DNA from: a virus
Length of the DNA: 64,000 nt
Direction: 5' to 3' (one strand)
IMG/VR virus record: IMGVR_UViG_3300043446_004155
Span: 1-64,000 of that record
The translations under genes were made by a program, and so were the position numbers. The notes beneath the pieces are model-generated. The model worked only from the letters and a program-made list of their open reading frames with translations. It did no database searches and was not told the origin of the DNA. Below are positions 44,265 through 54,067 of the stretch, in pieces (within the stretch, counting starts at the first letter, position 1; each line of letters starts with the position of its first letter).

Positions 44265-45001
44265 GGTACCGTTGCGAAGGGCACAAGAAAAGCAGGGAAT
44301 CTGTCATCAACTTGATGTTCACGTTGCCAGGCTGCTTCCCATTCAGCTAACGAATGATCGTGCGCATCTTGACCATCATAAGTTTCTGTGTGGTCATTCA
44401 GAATAAAGTCATTGTTTTCTAACAGAATGTAGGCAAAATCTTCCAGCAATAAATTGAAATCTCCCGAGAGAAACTCAAGGACTACGGCAACTTCATAATC
44501 GAGCGGTTCATTACGTGTTGTAGATATGCACAACAGATAACTCCCAGGAGGCAACGGGTAGTAACGCTCGTCTCCTTTGTCTAATCTGTTGGGATCAAAG
44601 GTGTTGTATAGGTCTGACTGGGCATCCATCACGTGTCCAACGTATGGGTTGTACACTTTCCCGTCAATTGTTGTCGTGATGCTGTCATCCTGAAAGATTC
44701 CGCGTCCCTGGATGGGATTGAGATTCAGGTCATACACAGACGTATTGATGTACTTAGGCCTTGGACCGCCTTTAACCACAATGATCCAGGCCTGTGCCGT
44801 GATCGTAAAACTAAACCAGTGGTTATAGGTTCCACCTCCATAACCACCATTGGAATTTAAACTTGTATCACGACGACCAACAACCTGGTTCTTGGGCCCC
44901 AGGCTTCCTTTTAAGTTACGAATGGATAGTTGACTGAATTGACCCATGTTTAATGGGTTGTCTTGAGTTCGTTGCCGTTGAATATCTTGATTACGGGCCA
45001 T
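44261..45001 (-). CDS. Hypothetical beta-sandwich protein
   Basis: ORF track; NHWFSFTI...LPPGSYLLCIS resembles PPC-type domains. Confidence 0.6.
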   Translation of the reverse strand: MARNQDIQRQRTQDNPLNMGQFSQLSIRNLKGSLGPKNQVVGRRDTSLNSNGGYGGGTYNHWFSFTITAQAWIIVVKGGPRPKYINTSVYDLNLNPIQGRGIFQDDSITTTIDGKVYNPYVGHVMDAQSDLYNTFDPNRLDKGDERYYPLPPGSYLLCISTTRNEPLDYEVAVVLEFLSGDFNLLLEDFAYILLENNDFILNDHTETYDGQDAHDHSLAEWEAAWQREHQVDDRFPAFLVPFATVP

Positions 45002-45029
45002 TTATTACAGTTGAACCAATCAAACTATT

Positions 45030-45713
45030 CTACTCGTTCGGTATTTCTATATTTTCTGGAAACGTAATGGTATTACGAAACGCTTTATTGAACACCAGGG
45101 GTTGATCTTTGTTCTTGCCGTAAGCCATCAGCTTTTCCGCTTTGAACTCAATTTCAAATGGTTGGATGTCTTCTGGATAAAAGAGTTTGTTCCAACTTGA
45201 AATCAAGTGCAGTGGGTTGCCACATCTTGGGTTCCCGCATAGGTGTGTGACGACCATATTCCCGATGTCGCCCCAGGCACAGTTGTAAATAGCTTTATGA
45301 AAACTTAAGTTTTCAGCCTTTTGGTGGCTGTAGGCCGACCGATAGGACGGCATACAAATACGCTTGGGTGTGTACGGGCCAGGTGATTCGATTGTCCAGC
45401 ACTCATCCGCAGATCCTCTGGTGACCTTTTGCCACAACTTTTGGTATCTGGCTTTGTACTCAACATTGAGGTAGTTAATGTCAAAACCACAGAGGTTTGA
45501 TTGGATCTTGTGAACGCAGTGGTAGCACCAGTGGCGTTCCTTATCCCGTATGTAGTGGTTGTGTGGACAAACAAAACCCCGGTAGTAGCCCTTGACATCA
45601 AGCTCTTCATCGGAGAGATCGTCGATACCAACAACAAAACGAAAGTCCGTTGCTTTGGATGCCCTGCGTTCAGAACGATGGAGGTTTGCCATTTTAGAAA
45701 AGGGCAGGTGCAC
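45030..45713 (-). CDS. His-Me finger (Zn-binding loop) endonuclease-like protein
   Basis: DECW...FHKAIY...VVTHLCGNPRCGNPLHL; N-terminal CPHNH..CYHC. Confidence 0.75.
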   Translation of the reverse strand: MHLPFSKMANLHRSERRASKATDFRFVVGIDDLSDEELDVKGYYRGFVCPHNHYIRDKERHWCYHCVHKIQSNLCGFDINYLNVEYKARYQKLWQKVTRGSADECWTIESPGPYTPKRICMPSYRSAYSHQKAENLSFHKAIYNCAWGDIGNMVVTHLCGNPRCGNPLHLISSWNKLFYPEDIQPFEIEFKAEKLMAYGKNKDQPLVFNKAFRNTITFPENIEIPNE

Positions 45714-46077
45714 TAGGAATCATTCGCTCTCCCCTGGGCTTCACAACGTTTGCGTGACGTTTTTTGTTGAATTTTTGAGTTGGAATTAATTGTTTTCTGT
45801 TGTCTTTGTCAAAGTTCTTGTATTCATGCATGATATCTAGCTCAATGGGATCCTCTTGCGTACGCAGGAAATAAACGAGTCGGTGCGCCAGATAGACCGT
45901 GTTGTCGATGCAGACCATATAAAAGCCTGTCACCTTGTTCATGCGTCCAGCTTGAGTCCCAGCCTTATTACAAGCCTTGTCGACCACCCACTCCAAACCA
46001 CTGGGGTACCGATCCGAAAGTTTGATCAGTTCTTGGACGCGCCAGAGGGGCGGCATGGGCTTGCGGTTACGAGACAC
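45694..46077 (-). CDS. Degenerate HNH endonuclease-like protein
   Basis: GTQAG...YLAHRLVYFL...DIMH...DN. Confidence 0.6.
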   Translation of the reverse strand: MSRNRKPMPPLWRVQELIKLSDRYPSGLEWVVDKACNKAGTQAGRMNKVTGFYMVCIDNTVYLAHRLVYFLRTQEDPIELDIMHEYKNFDKDNRKQLIPTQKFNKKRHANVVKPRGERMIPSAPALF

Positions 46078-46130
46078 GGCCTGTGAGTTGAGTGTTCCGA
46101 GATTTTACGGCGAACCAGCCACGGTGTCTA

Positions 46131-46320
46131 GTGCAGCAAAAAACTAAGAATCAAATAGGATTATTCTATATATAACTTAAATGACGCCGCTTGACCAAAG
46201 TGTATGTACTTTATTTCTCTTCACCCTCTTTTGCACCTTCTGAAACTTACAGTATTTTCCTAAAGTGTCATTTGTCTATAGGGGGGATATAGCGGGGTCT
46301 GATTCTTAGTTCTTATGCAC
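46131..46320. repeat. Non-coding element bounded by inverted repeats
   Basis: GTGCAGCAAAAAACTAAGAATCA ... TGATTCTTAGTTCTTATGCAC, with inner AAATGAC/GTCATTT. Confidence 0.7.
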
Positions 46321-46355
46321 CGCACCTAAGTCTCAACCTAAGACTCGTTATCCAT

Positions 46356-46386
46356 AAAAAAGGAGCCCCTGGCGGGACCCCTCCTT
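46356..46386 (-). terminator. Intrinsic terminator of the replication operon
   Basis: Minus strand AAGGAG...CTCCTT hairpin followed by a T tract. Confidence 0.6.
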
Positions 46387-46407
46387 CGCGACCTCGGAAC
46401 TTTAGGG

Positions 46408-46749
46408 CTACTTCCGCCCGTAGTCGTCTTCCAGGCGAGTGATGTCCCCCTCATACAGGAGGTTACCCCTCTGGACCTCGATTAACCTGAGCTCGCAATC
46501 CCCTGCTTCCAAGCGGTGCCACTGGTCTTTGGGGATTGTGACGGTGACACCAGGGGCGGCGGGGATCGTCTCCTCACCAACGGTGATGGTCCCGGAACCA
46601 CCAACAACCACCCAGTGCTCATCTCGATACTCATGCTTTTGCAGACTGAGACGCTGCTTGGCATGAACAACGATCACCTTCACCTGGTACTGAGGACCCG
46701 TGAGTATGCTCTCAAACCATCCCCAGGGTCTGGTCTCCGAATAGGTCAT
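46408..46749 (-). CDS. Mannose-6-phosphate isomerase type II cupin (ManC C-terminal-like)
   Basis: RPWGW, RLSLQKHEYRDEHWVVV, HRLE, IEVQRG..L.EGDITRLEDDYGR. Confidence 0.9.
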   Translation of the reverse strand: MTYSETRPWGWFESILTGPQYQVKVIVVHAKQRLSLQKHEYRDEHWVVVGGSGTITVGEETIPAAPGVTVTIPKDQWHRLEAGDCELRLIEVQRGNLLYEGDITRLEDDYGRK

Positions 46750-48017
46750 GCCGTGACCTCTGCCAGTTCCTTGGCCTTAGTAATGGCGGCCTTCTTCTTG
46801 CGCTTGCTGGTCTTAATTTGAGGCTCATCCACCTTGGTCAAAACTTCCTGGAACACATCGTTGAAGTCAGATGCGACCGTATCCCAGTTGAAGCAAGGAT
46901 CCGTGACGCGGTCGTAGCACTTCTGCGCCACTTCATCAAGCATCTCACGGTTTTCGTAAAGATCTGTAAGGATGCTTGCCAGATGGTTGTCATCCGGGCA
47001 TGGCATGATGCGACCAAAGTTGGTGTCCACATCTGCGTGGAGGTTGCGAATCAGAGGGCCGCAGCCGTCAAAGATTTCTTTACAGGAGGTGTGATCGGGT
47101 ACCACCTGGGCCACACGGCAGGCAGCGTGTTCGAAGTTAACCAGACCCCAGCCTTCCCCTTTACAGGTGTTAACACCTACGTCAGCAACGTTGTAAATGG
47201 TGTTGAGTAGCTCCACATCCACGGAGGGACCATGGGGAGTGGGCGCTGTCATGATGATGCGACCGTTGGGATCCAGACCTTGACGGGTCATTTCCCGGTG
47301 GAAGAGGGGCATGATGTCCCAACCTTGGTCCTTTTGCCCCATGTGCAGGTAAAGCTTGGCGTCTGGCCTACCGACAGCAAATTTGGCAAAAGCGGAAATG
47401 GTGAGGTCAATCCGTTTGCGGAACTGGTTTCGATTCCCGTTGAAAACAATGAAGTCGTTGGGGTCCAGGTTGAGTTTTTTCCGTGCCTCTACCTTGTCAA
47501 TGGGATAGAACTGACCAGCAGTCACACCGTGAGGCACCACCCAAATCGGCTTTTCAACCCCAGCCTTAATCGTTTCTTCTGCACCGAATTTGGTGTAGCA
47601 GATCGCTGCATCCCACTCATTCATGGTATCGGTCAAGCAGCCGTACCACCCATAGGAATCCATGGGGTAGTAACCCACAAACTTAAAACCGATCTGCTCC
47701 CTGAGATCTTTGATCTGACCCCACTGGTTGTTGATGATCCAACAGTCGTTAATCGTGAAGATCACATCGGGACGAATGCGTTCAGTGATTTCACGAATCC
47801 GGGCCTCACCAAAAGGCTGGTTTTGGTACATGTTGGAGGCGGGGTACATGAAGTACTCCTTTTGCAGCGGCGTGTAATCACCGTGCCAGTTGCAACCCAG
47901 TACATGGATTTCGTACTGATCCTTCAGGCGGCTCAGCACGTTTTCAGTTACACGAGCAAAGCCAGTGGTTGCAACAATGTCACCAACCCACAGCAGTTTG
48001 GGTTTATTTTCAGCCAT
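46746..48017 (-). CDS. Glycosyltransferase family 4 (GT-B)
   Basis: TGFARV, NRNQFRKRID, EGWGLVNFEHAA (Ex7E). Confidence 0.88.
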   Translation of the reverse strand: MAENKPKLLWVGDIVATTGFARVTENVLSRLKDQYEIHVLGCNWHGDYTPLQKEYFMYPASNMYQNQPFGEARIREITERIRPDVIFTINDCWIINNQWGQIKDLREQIGFKFVGYYPMDSYGWYGCLTDTMNEWDAAICYTKFGAEETIKAGVEKPIWVVPHGVTAGQFYPIDKVEARKKLNLDPNDFIVFNGNRNQFRKRIDLTISAFAKFAVGRPDAKLYLHMGQKDQGWDIMPLFHREMTRQGLDPNGRIIMTAPTPHGPSVDVELLNTIYNVADVGVNTCKGEGWGLVNFEHAACRVAQVVPDHTSCKEIFDGCGPLIRNLHADVDTNFGRIMPCPDDNHLASILTDLYENREMLDEVAQKCYDRVTDPCFNWDTVASDFNDVFQEVLTKVDEPQIKTSKRKKKAAITKAKELAEVTA

Positions 48018-48050
48018 TTAATTAATTATTGACTGAAAATAGTATACGAA

Positions 48051-48401
48051 TTATTGAGGAGTTATAGACCTTACCAGCTCTTTCTCCTCTGATTGTTTCG
48101 CTTTTAGTTTCGTCTTTAAGAATTCGGCTGCCTTGTGAGTATTGGTTGTATCACCACAGGTGTAGAGATCAATAGCCGCATAACCCAACTCCGGCCAGGA
48201 GTGGATGGATGCATGGGATTCGGCCAACAATGCCAGAAGTGTTACCCCTTGCGGCTGAAATTTCTCACCAAAAACACGCAGGATTTTGGCACCCGCCATG
48301 TTGAGGGCTACCTGGAGTAGCCGCTCAAGCTCATCGTAATCATCGAGGAGTTCTTGATCACAGTCATAAAGATCAAGAATCAGGTGCCGCCCGTTGCTCA
48401 C
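48051..48401 (-). CDS. speD: S-adenosylmethionine decarboxylase proenzyme (pyruvoyl family)
   Basis: GRHLILDLYDC, FQPQGVT, LLAESHASIHSWPE, AIDLYTCG. Confidence 0.9.
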   Translation of the reverse strand: MSNGRHLILDLYDCDQELLDDYDELERLLQVALNMAGAKILRVFGEKFQPQGVTLLALLAESHASIHSWPELGYAAIDLYTCGDTTNTHKAAEFLKTKLKAKQSEEKELVRSITPQ

Positions 48402-51025
48402 AGTTCGTTTGCTACCTCTTCCATTGTCGCACTAGATGCTTTATCTATCACGTCACCATAGAACGTACGCCATTCTTCCTTATTAAGACCCACTTCTACA
48501 AGGGATGGATATTGTTCGTACTTCGGACTGGACGCCCGCAGTGCGATGTTGACTACCCGCATGCCGCGACTGTTCTTGAATTGATAGACATTTAGCTTCA
48601 GCTGGTGAACACATACGTCCATCAACAGGGATTCAAAACGGCTACGGCCCAGGATGTTGCTGTTGGAACCACGAGAGAACTCACAGTAGCTGGCATACAA
48701 CCACTTGTCCCAGTTGATGTACAGGTTTGAGACACCACCAGGTGCGTGCTTAGCCAGACCCACCGGAGACGAAATACCTGGATCAAAGACCACACAGTGC
48801 TGCATCCAATCCAAGATCTGGTTGGATTTCAGGATCTGCTCTTTGTGATGCTTGGCAAAGAAGTCAACTTTTTCGTTGGTCTCCATCAGATATTCCCGCA
48901 TCTCAGCTTCCGTCATATCAAGAACCCAATTCACAAGTCCTGGAAGCAAAGCAGCAAATTCACCGAAGGGACGACCGTGATCATCCATATCGATGAGGGT
49001 ACGTTGCTCGGCAGAGCTACCGGTGAAAGGCCGATCAAAAGGAATGGTGAGACGACGACGTGCCAAACCAGAAGTCGGATCAGTCGTTTGAATGGGTTCG
49101 TTGGCGGTGATCATGACCAGACCATTGAACTTAAACGGCTTCTGGCTCCCAGCCTGGAACTTGCGCTCATTACGAATTAGGTCACGACCGGTGATTGCTT
49201 TCAATACGGATACCGAACCGCCGTAACGTTCCACATCATTGAAGAGCAGAAGTTTTTTCTTATAGAGGTTGGCAGTTTCAAATCGGTTCTTCTCTAGATG
49301 CTCCAGCGAAGAAATCATGGCATTGTCATCACCCACCAGTGCGTGAGCCAAGTTGCTGTAGGTGGACTTACCGGACTTACCAGGTCCAACAATCTCAACA
49401 AACTTCTGGATATCGGAGTGACTCAGTAGTACCGCCCGCAACCAAGCCCTCAACACCTGGACTCGACCCCAGCTGTCATTTTGTGTGGACTTCAGCCACT
49501 TAATGATGGGCTCACATGCGGCGTAGGGATCGTATTCGTATGGCAATTGTTGTGTGATGTAGAGCTCACGGTTGAACGGCATGAGTTCCCGCGTCTCAAC
49601 ATTCAAGATTCCATTAGTAAACAACAGGTATTCATTCCCTTCATACCAATCGTCAAAAATAGTTGAAATCCTCAATTGCTCCATTAAGTCGGAGATGAGG
49701 TTCATGGAGTAACCGCTGTGCAGCAAACCATCCTTGATGGAATCCAACCGGCCTTTGATGTCGCCTTTGACTTCATATTCCGACAGTTGAGACCACAGCC
49801 CCTTCCGTTGATATTGATACATAAAGAATGCGCCATGCGATTGGCTGTAGCGCAGATTTCCCTGGTAATCCTGCAACAAGATTCCAGCGATCACATCAGA
49901 GGATGGATTACGTGTCTTTTGTTCTTTACCGTTGCGTCCCTTAGCCGCCTTTACTTTCCAGCCGCCTTGAATCACAGGTTTCTCTTCTGTCTCCACGGAA
50001 TCTCCAGACGAGAGTCCCAAGTCTTCTTCCAGTTCTGTTAATAATTTTGCAACGTGATCAAGCATGGCATCATCTACATTCATTGACTTGTGATTTTGAG
50101 AGGGCTCCCAACCGTTCTCTTTGGCAACGTGCACGAGCGAACCAATGCCACGTCCACCACCTTTCGAGAAAGAACGCCAGCGCCTATGACATTCACCCTC
50201 TTGATACTTTTCTGATTGGCGAGACCATTCATCCCAGTGATCAAGCAGGGATTCATCTAGTGAATGGAGCGATTGACCCACCATGATCCAGATGTCGTAA
50301 TCATCTGTTGCTTCTGGCGGCATGCCCCACATGGCTTCCAGTGCCAACTGCATATCCCTTTCCAAGGAGACTTCAGCGTTGATGGCAAAGGATGGACCAA
50401 TGATGCGAGTGGTCTCTTTGGCGGGAACACCCTGCTTGACATTCTTCTGGATAATGCAATTCAGCAGCCAATCCGGAAACTCAGGCAGCTCCTGGATCCA
50501 CTCAAACCCTTGGTCAGAAGCGGTGAAATATCCTTCCGTCTCTGGATGCAGTCCCATCAGCACCCCTTGGTGCCGCTTCCAGAGAATTTCTAGTTTTTCC
50601 TTTTCCCCTTCCGCGTGCCAGGTGTATTTGTTGCGGACAAGATGCTTGTGTTGATCGCGGGAAAGGCGATACAGTTTCCGCTCCCGACCTTCTTTACCAC
50701 TGAGGATTGTCAGGGTATTGGGCAGTGCCTCATTAAATGACAGTTCCGACAGTGACTCAATGAGTGCGTAGACGGTTGGACCGTCAACATCAACCCAGAT
50801 CAAACCATAGGGATGGTTGTAGACAGGACCACCAAGCAGACCAACTGCTTTGCAGCGGCCCAGCAACATTTCATTTTCTATCTCTTGCGGGCTGAATGGT
50901 TTGTTCTGCCACCCCGCGATGTATGGGTCTTTGTTTGGACCCAATGGAGTCAGGGGCCAATCAATGGGGATGTAATCGAGCCGAATTTCACCGGGCTTGA
51001 GAGCTTGCTGGTTGGTATTGGTCAT
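48398..51025 (-). CDS. Bifunctional primase-polymerase / PriCT-2 / D5-like SF3 helicase
   Basis: WVDVDG prim-pol; DDYDIWIMVGQSLH...WDEWS PriCT-2; GPGKSGKST Walker A; LLLFND; MITAN. Confidence 0.9.
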   Translation of the reverse strand: MTNTNQQALKPGEIRLDYIPIDWPLTPLGPNKDPYIAGWQNKPFSPQEIENEMLLGRCKAVGLLGGPVYNHPYGLIWVDVDGPTVYALIESLSELSFNEALPNTLTILSGKEGRERKLYRLSRDQHKHLVRNKYTWHAEGEKEKLEILWKRHQGVLMGLHPETEGYFTASDQGFEWIQELPEFPDWLLNCIIQKNVKQGVPAKETTRIIGPSFAINAEVSLERDMQLALEAMWGMPPEATDDYDIWIMVGQSLHSLDESLLDHWDEWSRQSEKYQEGECHRRWRSFSKGGGRGIGSLVHVAKENGWEPSQNHKSMNVDDAMLDHVAKLLTELEEDLGLSSGDSVETEEKPVIQGGWKVKAAKGRNGKEQKTRNPSSDVIAGILLQDYQGNLRYSQSHGAFFMYQYQRKGLWSQLSEYEVKGDIKGRLDSIKDGLLHSGYSMNLISDLMEQLRISTIFDDWYEGNEYLLFTNGILNVETRELMPFNRELYITQQLPYEYDPYAACEPIIKWLKSTQNDSWGRVQVLRAWLRAVLLSHSDIQKFVEIVGPGKSGKSTYSNLAHALVGDDNAMISSLEHLEKNRFETANLYKKKLLLFNDVERYGGSVSVLKAITGRDLIRNERKFQAGSQKPFKFNGLVMITANEPIQTTDPTSGLARRRLTIPFDRPFTGSSAEQRTLIDMDDHGRPFGEFAALLPGLVNWVLDMTEAEMREYLMETNEKVDFFAKHHKEQILKSNQILDWMQHCVVFDPGISSPVGLAKHAPGGVSNLYINWDKWLYASYCEFSRGSNSNILGRSRFESLLMDVCVHQLKLNVYQFKNSRGMRVVNIALRASSPKYEQYPSLVEVGLNKEEWRTFYGDVIDKASSATMEEVANEL

Positions 51026-51207
51026 GCCTGGTTACTCGTTCGAACTTCTACTTTAAAGTTTTTATCTGCAAAACTTGCCTCTTTCAATAGCCAGAAGGCG
51101 TGAAGATGCATGTCAGTGGGCAGATAAAAACAGTCCCCATCCGCCGCATTCATCATGCGACTCATGAGACTATTCATCCACTCACCCATACAGACGTTGA
51201 TGTCCAA
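51022..51207 (-). CDS. Small hypothetical protein
   Basis: ATGA overlap with the primase gene. Confidence 0.55.
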   Translation of the reverse strand: MDINVCMGEWMNSLMSRMMNAADGDCFYLPTDMHLHAFWLLKEASFADKNFKVEVRTSNQA

Positions 51208-51208
51208 C

Positions 51209-51652
51209 TTAGGAAGCCTCCCGAAGGTATTGGATTGCCTGAGAAAGGAGGTTTATGTCATCCTTAAAGAATCCAATGCCTTTATTGCACCGAGTACACA
51301 AAAGGCCACGGACCCTCCCGGTTGCATGACAGTGATCGACAGAAAATCGTTTGACGTGCCCATAGGAAGGGTTTTCAGTCTTGCATATCGCGCATTTATT
51401 CTGTTGGTTTTTTACTTTCTCTTCATATTCTGAAAGTGTAATTCCATACCTTTGTTTTAATTGAGTACTTGATTGTGTTTTTAAGTATTTTTCTCTATTT
51501 TTTTGCCTGTACAATGCTGATTCTTTTCGAGCACATTCTTTACATTGTGTTTTATATTTTTTGTTTCTTTTATGAAAACCGTATTTTTGAAGCTCTTTTG
51601 TTTGTTTACAGACGCGGCAGATTTGCCACAAACCGTTGAGGCCTGTGTCCAT
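51209..51652 (-). CDS. Endonuclease VII-family homing endonuclease
   Basis: YGITLSEY...QQNKCAIC...VDHCHATGRVRGLLCTRCNKGIG. Confidence 0.9.
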   Translation of the reverse strand: MDTGLNGLWQICRVCKQTKELQKYGFHKRNKKYKTQCKECARKESALYRQKNREKYLKTQSSTQLKQRYGITLSEYEEKVKNQQNKCAICKTENPSYGHVKRFSVDHCHATGRVRGLLCTRCNKGIGFFKDDINLLSQAIQYLREAS

Positions 51653-51766
51653 GGTGAGGGCTTGACTTGTTTGTCTTCTTATCCTACGGCGACCAATCCA
51701 GACGATCCATTACGAGTTTCTAAAAATCAGTAAGTCTCATCAGACTCATCTAGAGGATCAATCTTT

Positions 51767-52123
51767 TCAAATTGTTTCATTAGTCTCTGATACACCAGCA
51801 GAGCATCCTCCTTTGTCACCACGGCAGTTTGGCAGGCCACATCCCAGGCATGCCGTTTTCGATTCTCCAGTTTGTTCATCTTTGTACCACGGTGCAGTCA
51901 GCTGCATTGCTCCACCCAGTTTTTGTGATTCACCTGTTTGGAGCACAGGATCAATCGGATGTTCTCTATAGATTGGTTTGTTTTGTTTTTCAAGCTCAAT
52001 CTCAGCCTGGATCCGATTATCCAACTCGATCATATCAAGCCTGGCTTTAAGTTTTGCCTCAAACCAAATACGTTTCCACCATTGAACAATGGCGTCAATC
52101 ATGAGAAATAACAGTTGTTTCAC
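51767..52123 (-). CDS. Hypothetical protein
   Basis: ORF track. Confidence 0.55.
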   Translation of the reverse strand: MKQLLFLMIDAIVQWWKRIWFEAKLKARLDMIELDNRIQAEIELEKQNKPIYREHPIDPVLQTGESQKLGGAMQLTAPWYKDEQTGESKTACLGCGLPNCRGDKGGCSAGVSETNETI

Positions 52124-52178
52124 GGAATGACCCTAAGTATCTTTAATTTAAAATAAGAAAATAGAAAAGCATAGTCAC

Positions 52179-52859
52179 ATGGCTGCTCCACGCCCCACTC
52201 CTGGCCGCGACCATTTAAATCGTTTGCGCTCAAGCCGCGCACAACAAAGATCTGCATCACCAAGCAGCCCAGATCAAGGGGATACCACTTGGAATTCGTA
52301 TGACTGGGGACAAGGATGGGCCAAATCACCAGGTGGAGTAGGGCGTCAGCTTGGTTTATCGGGTCGTTCTTTAGGCGAATTTGCGCGTTTTGTTAATGCA
52401 CAACAACGGCTTGCCAACGAACAGGAACATGGAGGCGATTGGGGATACAATCCTAAATACTCGGTTGAGAATATGCCGAGCTGGATTAAAGAGTTGTACG
52501 CATCTAAAGGCGCCTCTGGAGTTGATCAGGCTACTGGGACTAGTGGTACCGGCCAACGTGTAACAGGAGGCGGCTCCTCCAGTCAAGGAGCAAGCGGTTT
52601 AAGCTATGACCCTGCAGCAAAACCAGATTGGGAGCAACGTTACACGGGCGGTTATACAAATGTACTTCCATATGTCCGCAACACTTTGGGTTTAAAGGGC
52701 CGCGATCTTGGTAGGGTGATGCGTGCGTACAACCAACAATATCGCCGCAACCCAACCGAAAAATTTATTAATAACGATTTATTACAGAGCATGGGACTTT
52801 ACAACCCCTATGCCCCAAACAACCCAGGCGGAATGCAACGAGGCTCAGGTCACTGGTAA
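52179..52859 (+). CDS. Gly/Ser-rich low-complexity protein
   Basis: ORF track; TAAAAT upstream. Confidence 0.6.
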   Translation: MAAPRPTPGRDHLNRLRSSRAQQRSASPSSPDQGDTTWNSYDWGQGWAKSPGGVGRQLGLSGRSLGEFARFVNAQQRLANEQEHGGDWGYNPKYSVENMPSWIKELYASKGASGVDQATGTSGTGQRVTGGGSSSQGASGLSYDPAAKPDWEQRYTGGYTNVLPYVRNTLGLKGRDLGRVMRAYNQQYRRNPTEKFINNDLLQSMGLYNPYAPNNPGGMQRGSGHW

Positions 52860-52890
52860 CAACACAGACAATTTTTTTTGAGGTTTAAAC

Positions 52891-53211
52891 ATGGCCACCC
52901 CAACACCCGCTCCATCGTTGAGTTCCTATCAGAGTTTACTTAATAAATTAAAGGCATCCAGAGCACAAACGTCGACAGGATCTACGACAACTTCTACGCC
53001 AGCCCCTACCGGCGGAAGTTTTATTGGTGGAAATTTTGCCAATGCATCCACTAGTCCAACTTCTGGGCTGCCCAAGAAACCAACACCTTCTCCTACGCCA
53101 AATCCATCATTTCCTTCTACGGGCGGTGGTTTTATTGGCGGTAATTTTGCTACTGCATCCACTCGTCCAATTAGCGGATTACCTCGCAAGCCATCACCTT
53201 TTCCCCGTTAA
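52891..53211 (+). CDS. Pro/Ser/Thr-rich protein with duplicated GGxFIGGNFAxASTxPxSGLPxKP unit
   Basis: GAGG RBS; two copies at about 53011 and 53122. Confidence 0.65.
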   Translation: MATPTPAPSLSSYQSLLNKLKASRAQTSTGSTTTSTPAPTGGSFIGGNFANASTSPTSGLPKKPTPSPTPNPSFPSTGGGFIGGNFATASTRPISGLPRKPSPFPR

Positions 53212-53212
53212 T

Positions 53213-54067
53213 TTAAATTAAGTCAGGATCGTAAACATTACAGTTCTCAATTTGGGAATAGTATTCGGCTACGATCTTGCACCAATCTTCCCTTAACGAA
53301 TCCAGGAATCGCCTGGAGATCTTAAAGACTTGAGTACGAACAGGCGTCGATACCAAGATGGCCGCCTGTTGTACTTTCATTCCAAGGGTCTGCTCGATAG
53401 CAATATCATACGCAGCAAGTTGCTTGCAAGTCTTTTTGAATTTCATGTGACCGCCTAAAAGATCACGCCATTCAGGCGAACCTTTCTCCAGGTCTTTGGG
53501 CCACTTGCGGCTATATGGTTTAACGCTGGTTTTTAAGTCAGCCAGCGTTAGTTTGTTATTGGCAACAGCAATAATATCAGGAGCACCAGCCCAAGCACGG
53601 CCTTCGTCATCACAACCCCAGACGCGAGCAACGTCATCAGCACCAATAGTAAAATCAAATTTATCCAGAACAGGGGACTCTGCCCAGAGAACTTCCTGGA
53701 ATTGATCCAGGATTTTTGGCATTCCCGCCCAAAAGTCCGCATATTCTTCTTTGATCTCTGGATTTTTATTCCCCTTTAGATACTGTTCCATTCCATAGTG
53801 GATAGCAGTACCACGTTCCGCTGCGGCTTCTTTAACGCCTGGATTTGCCTTTGACCACATTTCAAGCTTCCGTTTGTTTGCTTCGGAAGCTGTTTCGCTG
53901 ATGATTGTGGTTACGGACGGCGCAGGTCCAGTGGGTAACGGAGTTGTATAGTGACGTTTTCCGTTAAGTGTTATCCTGGCTGCGGTCCGATTAATTGACC
54001 GCATAACTTCTGGTTGCTCATCCTTGGCTTTAATCCAAGGATCCTCGTTATTTAGTTTAGCAACCAT
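53213..54067 (-). CDS. PD-(D/E)XK exonuclease
   Basis: PSVTTII, RGTAIH, AGAPD, ADLKTS, QLAAY. Confidence 0.88.
   Translation of the reverse strand: MVAKLNNEDPWIKAKDEQPEVMRSINRTAARITLNGKRHYTTPLPTGPAPSVTTIISETASEANKRKLEMWSKANPGVKEAAAERGTAIHYGMEQYLKGNKNPEIKEEYADFWAGMPKILDQFQEVLWAESPVLDKFDFTIGADDVARVWGCDDEGRAWAGAPDIIAVANNKLTLADLKTSVKPYSRKWPKDLEKGSPEWRDLLGGHMKFKKTCKQLAAYDIAIEQTLGMKVQQAAILVSTPVRTQVFKISRRFLDSLREDWCKIVAEYYSQIENCNVYDPDLI

Noticed and set aside
46818-50654. Several plus-strand ORFs (e.g. 47232..48032)
   Set aside because: Antisense shadows of the glycosyltransferase and primase genes
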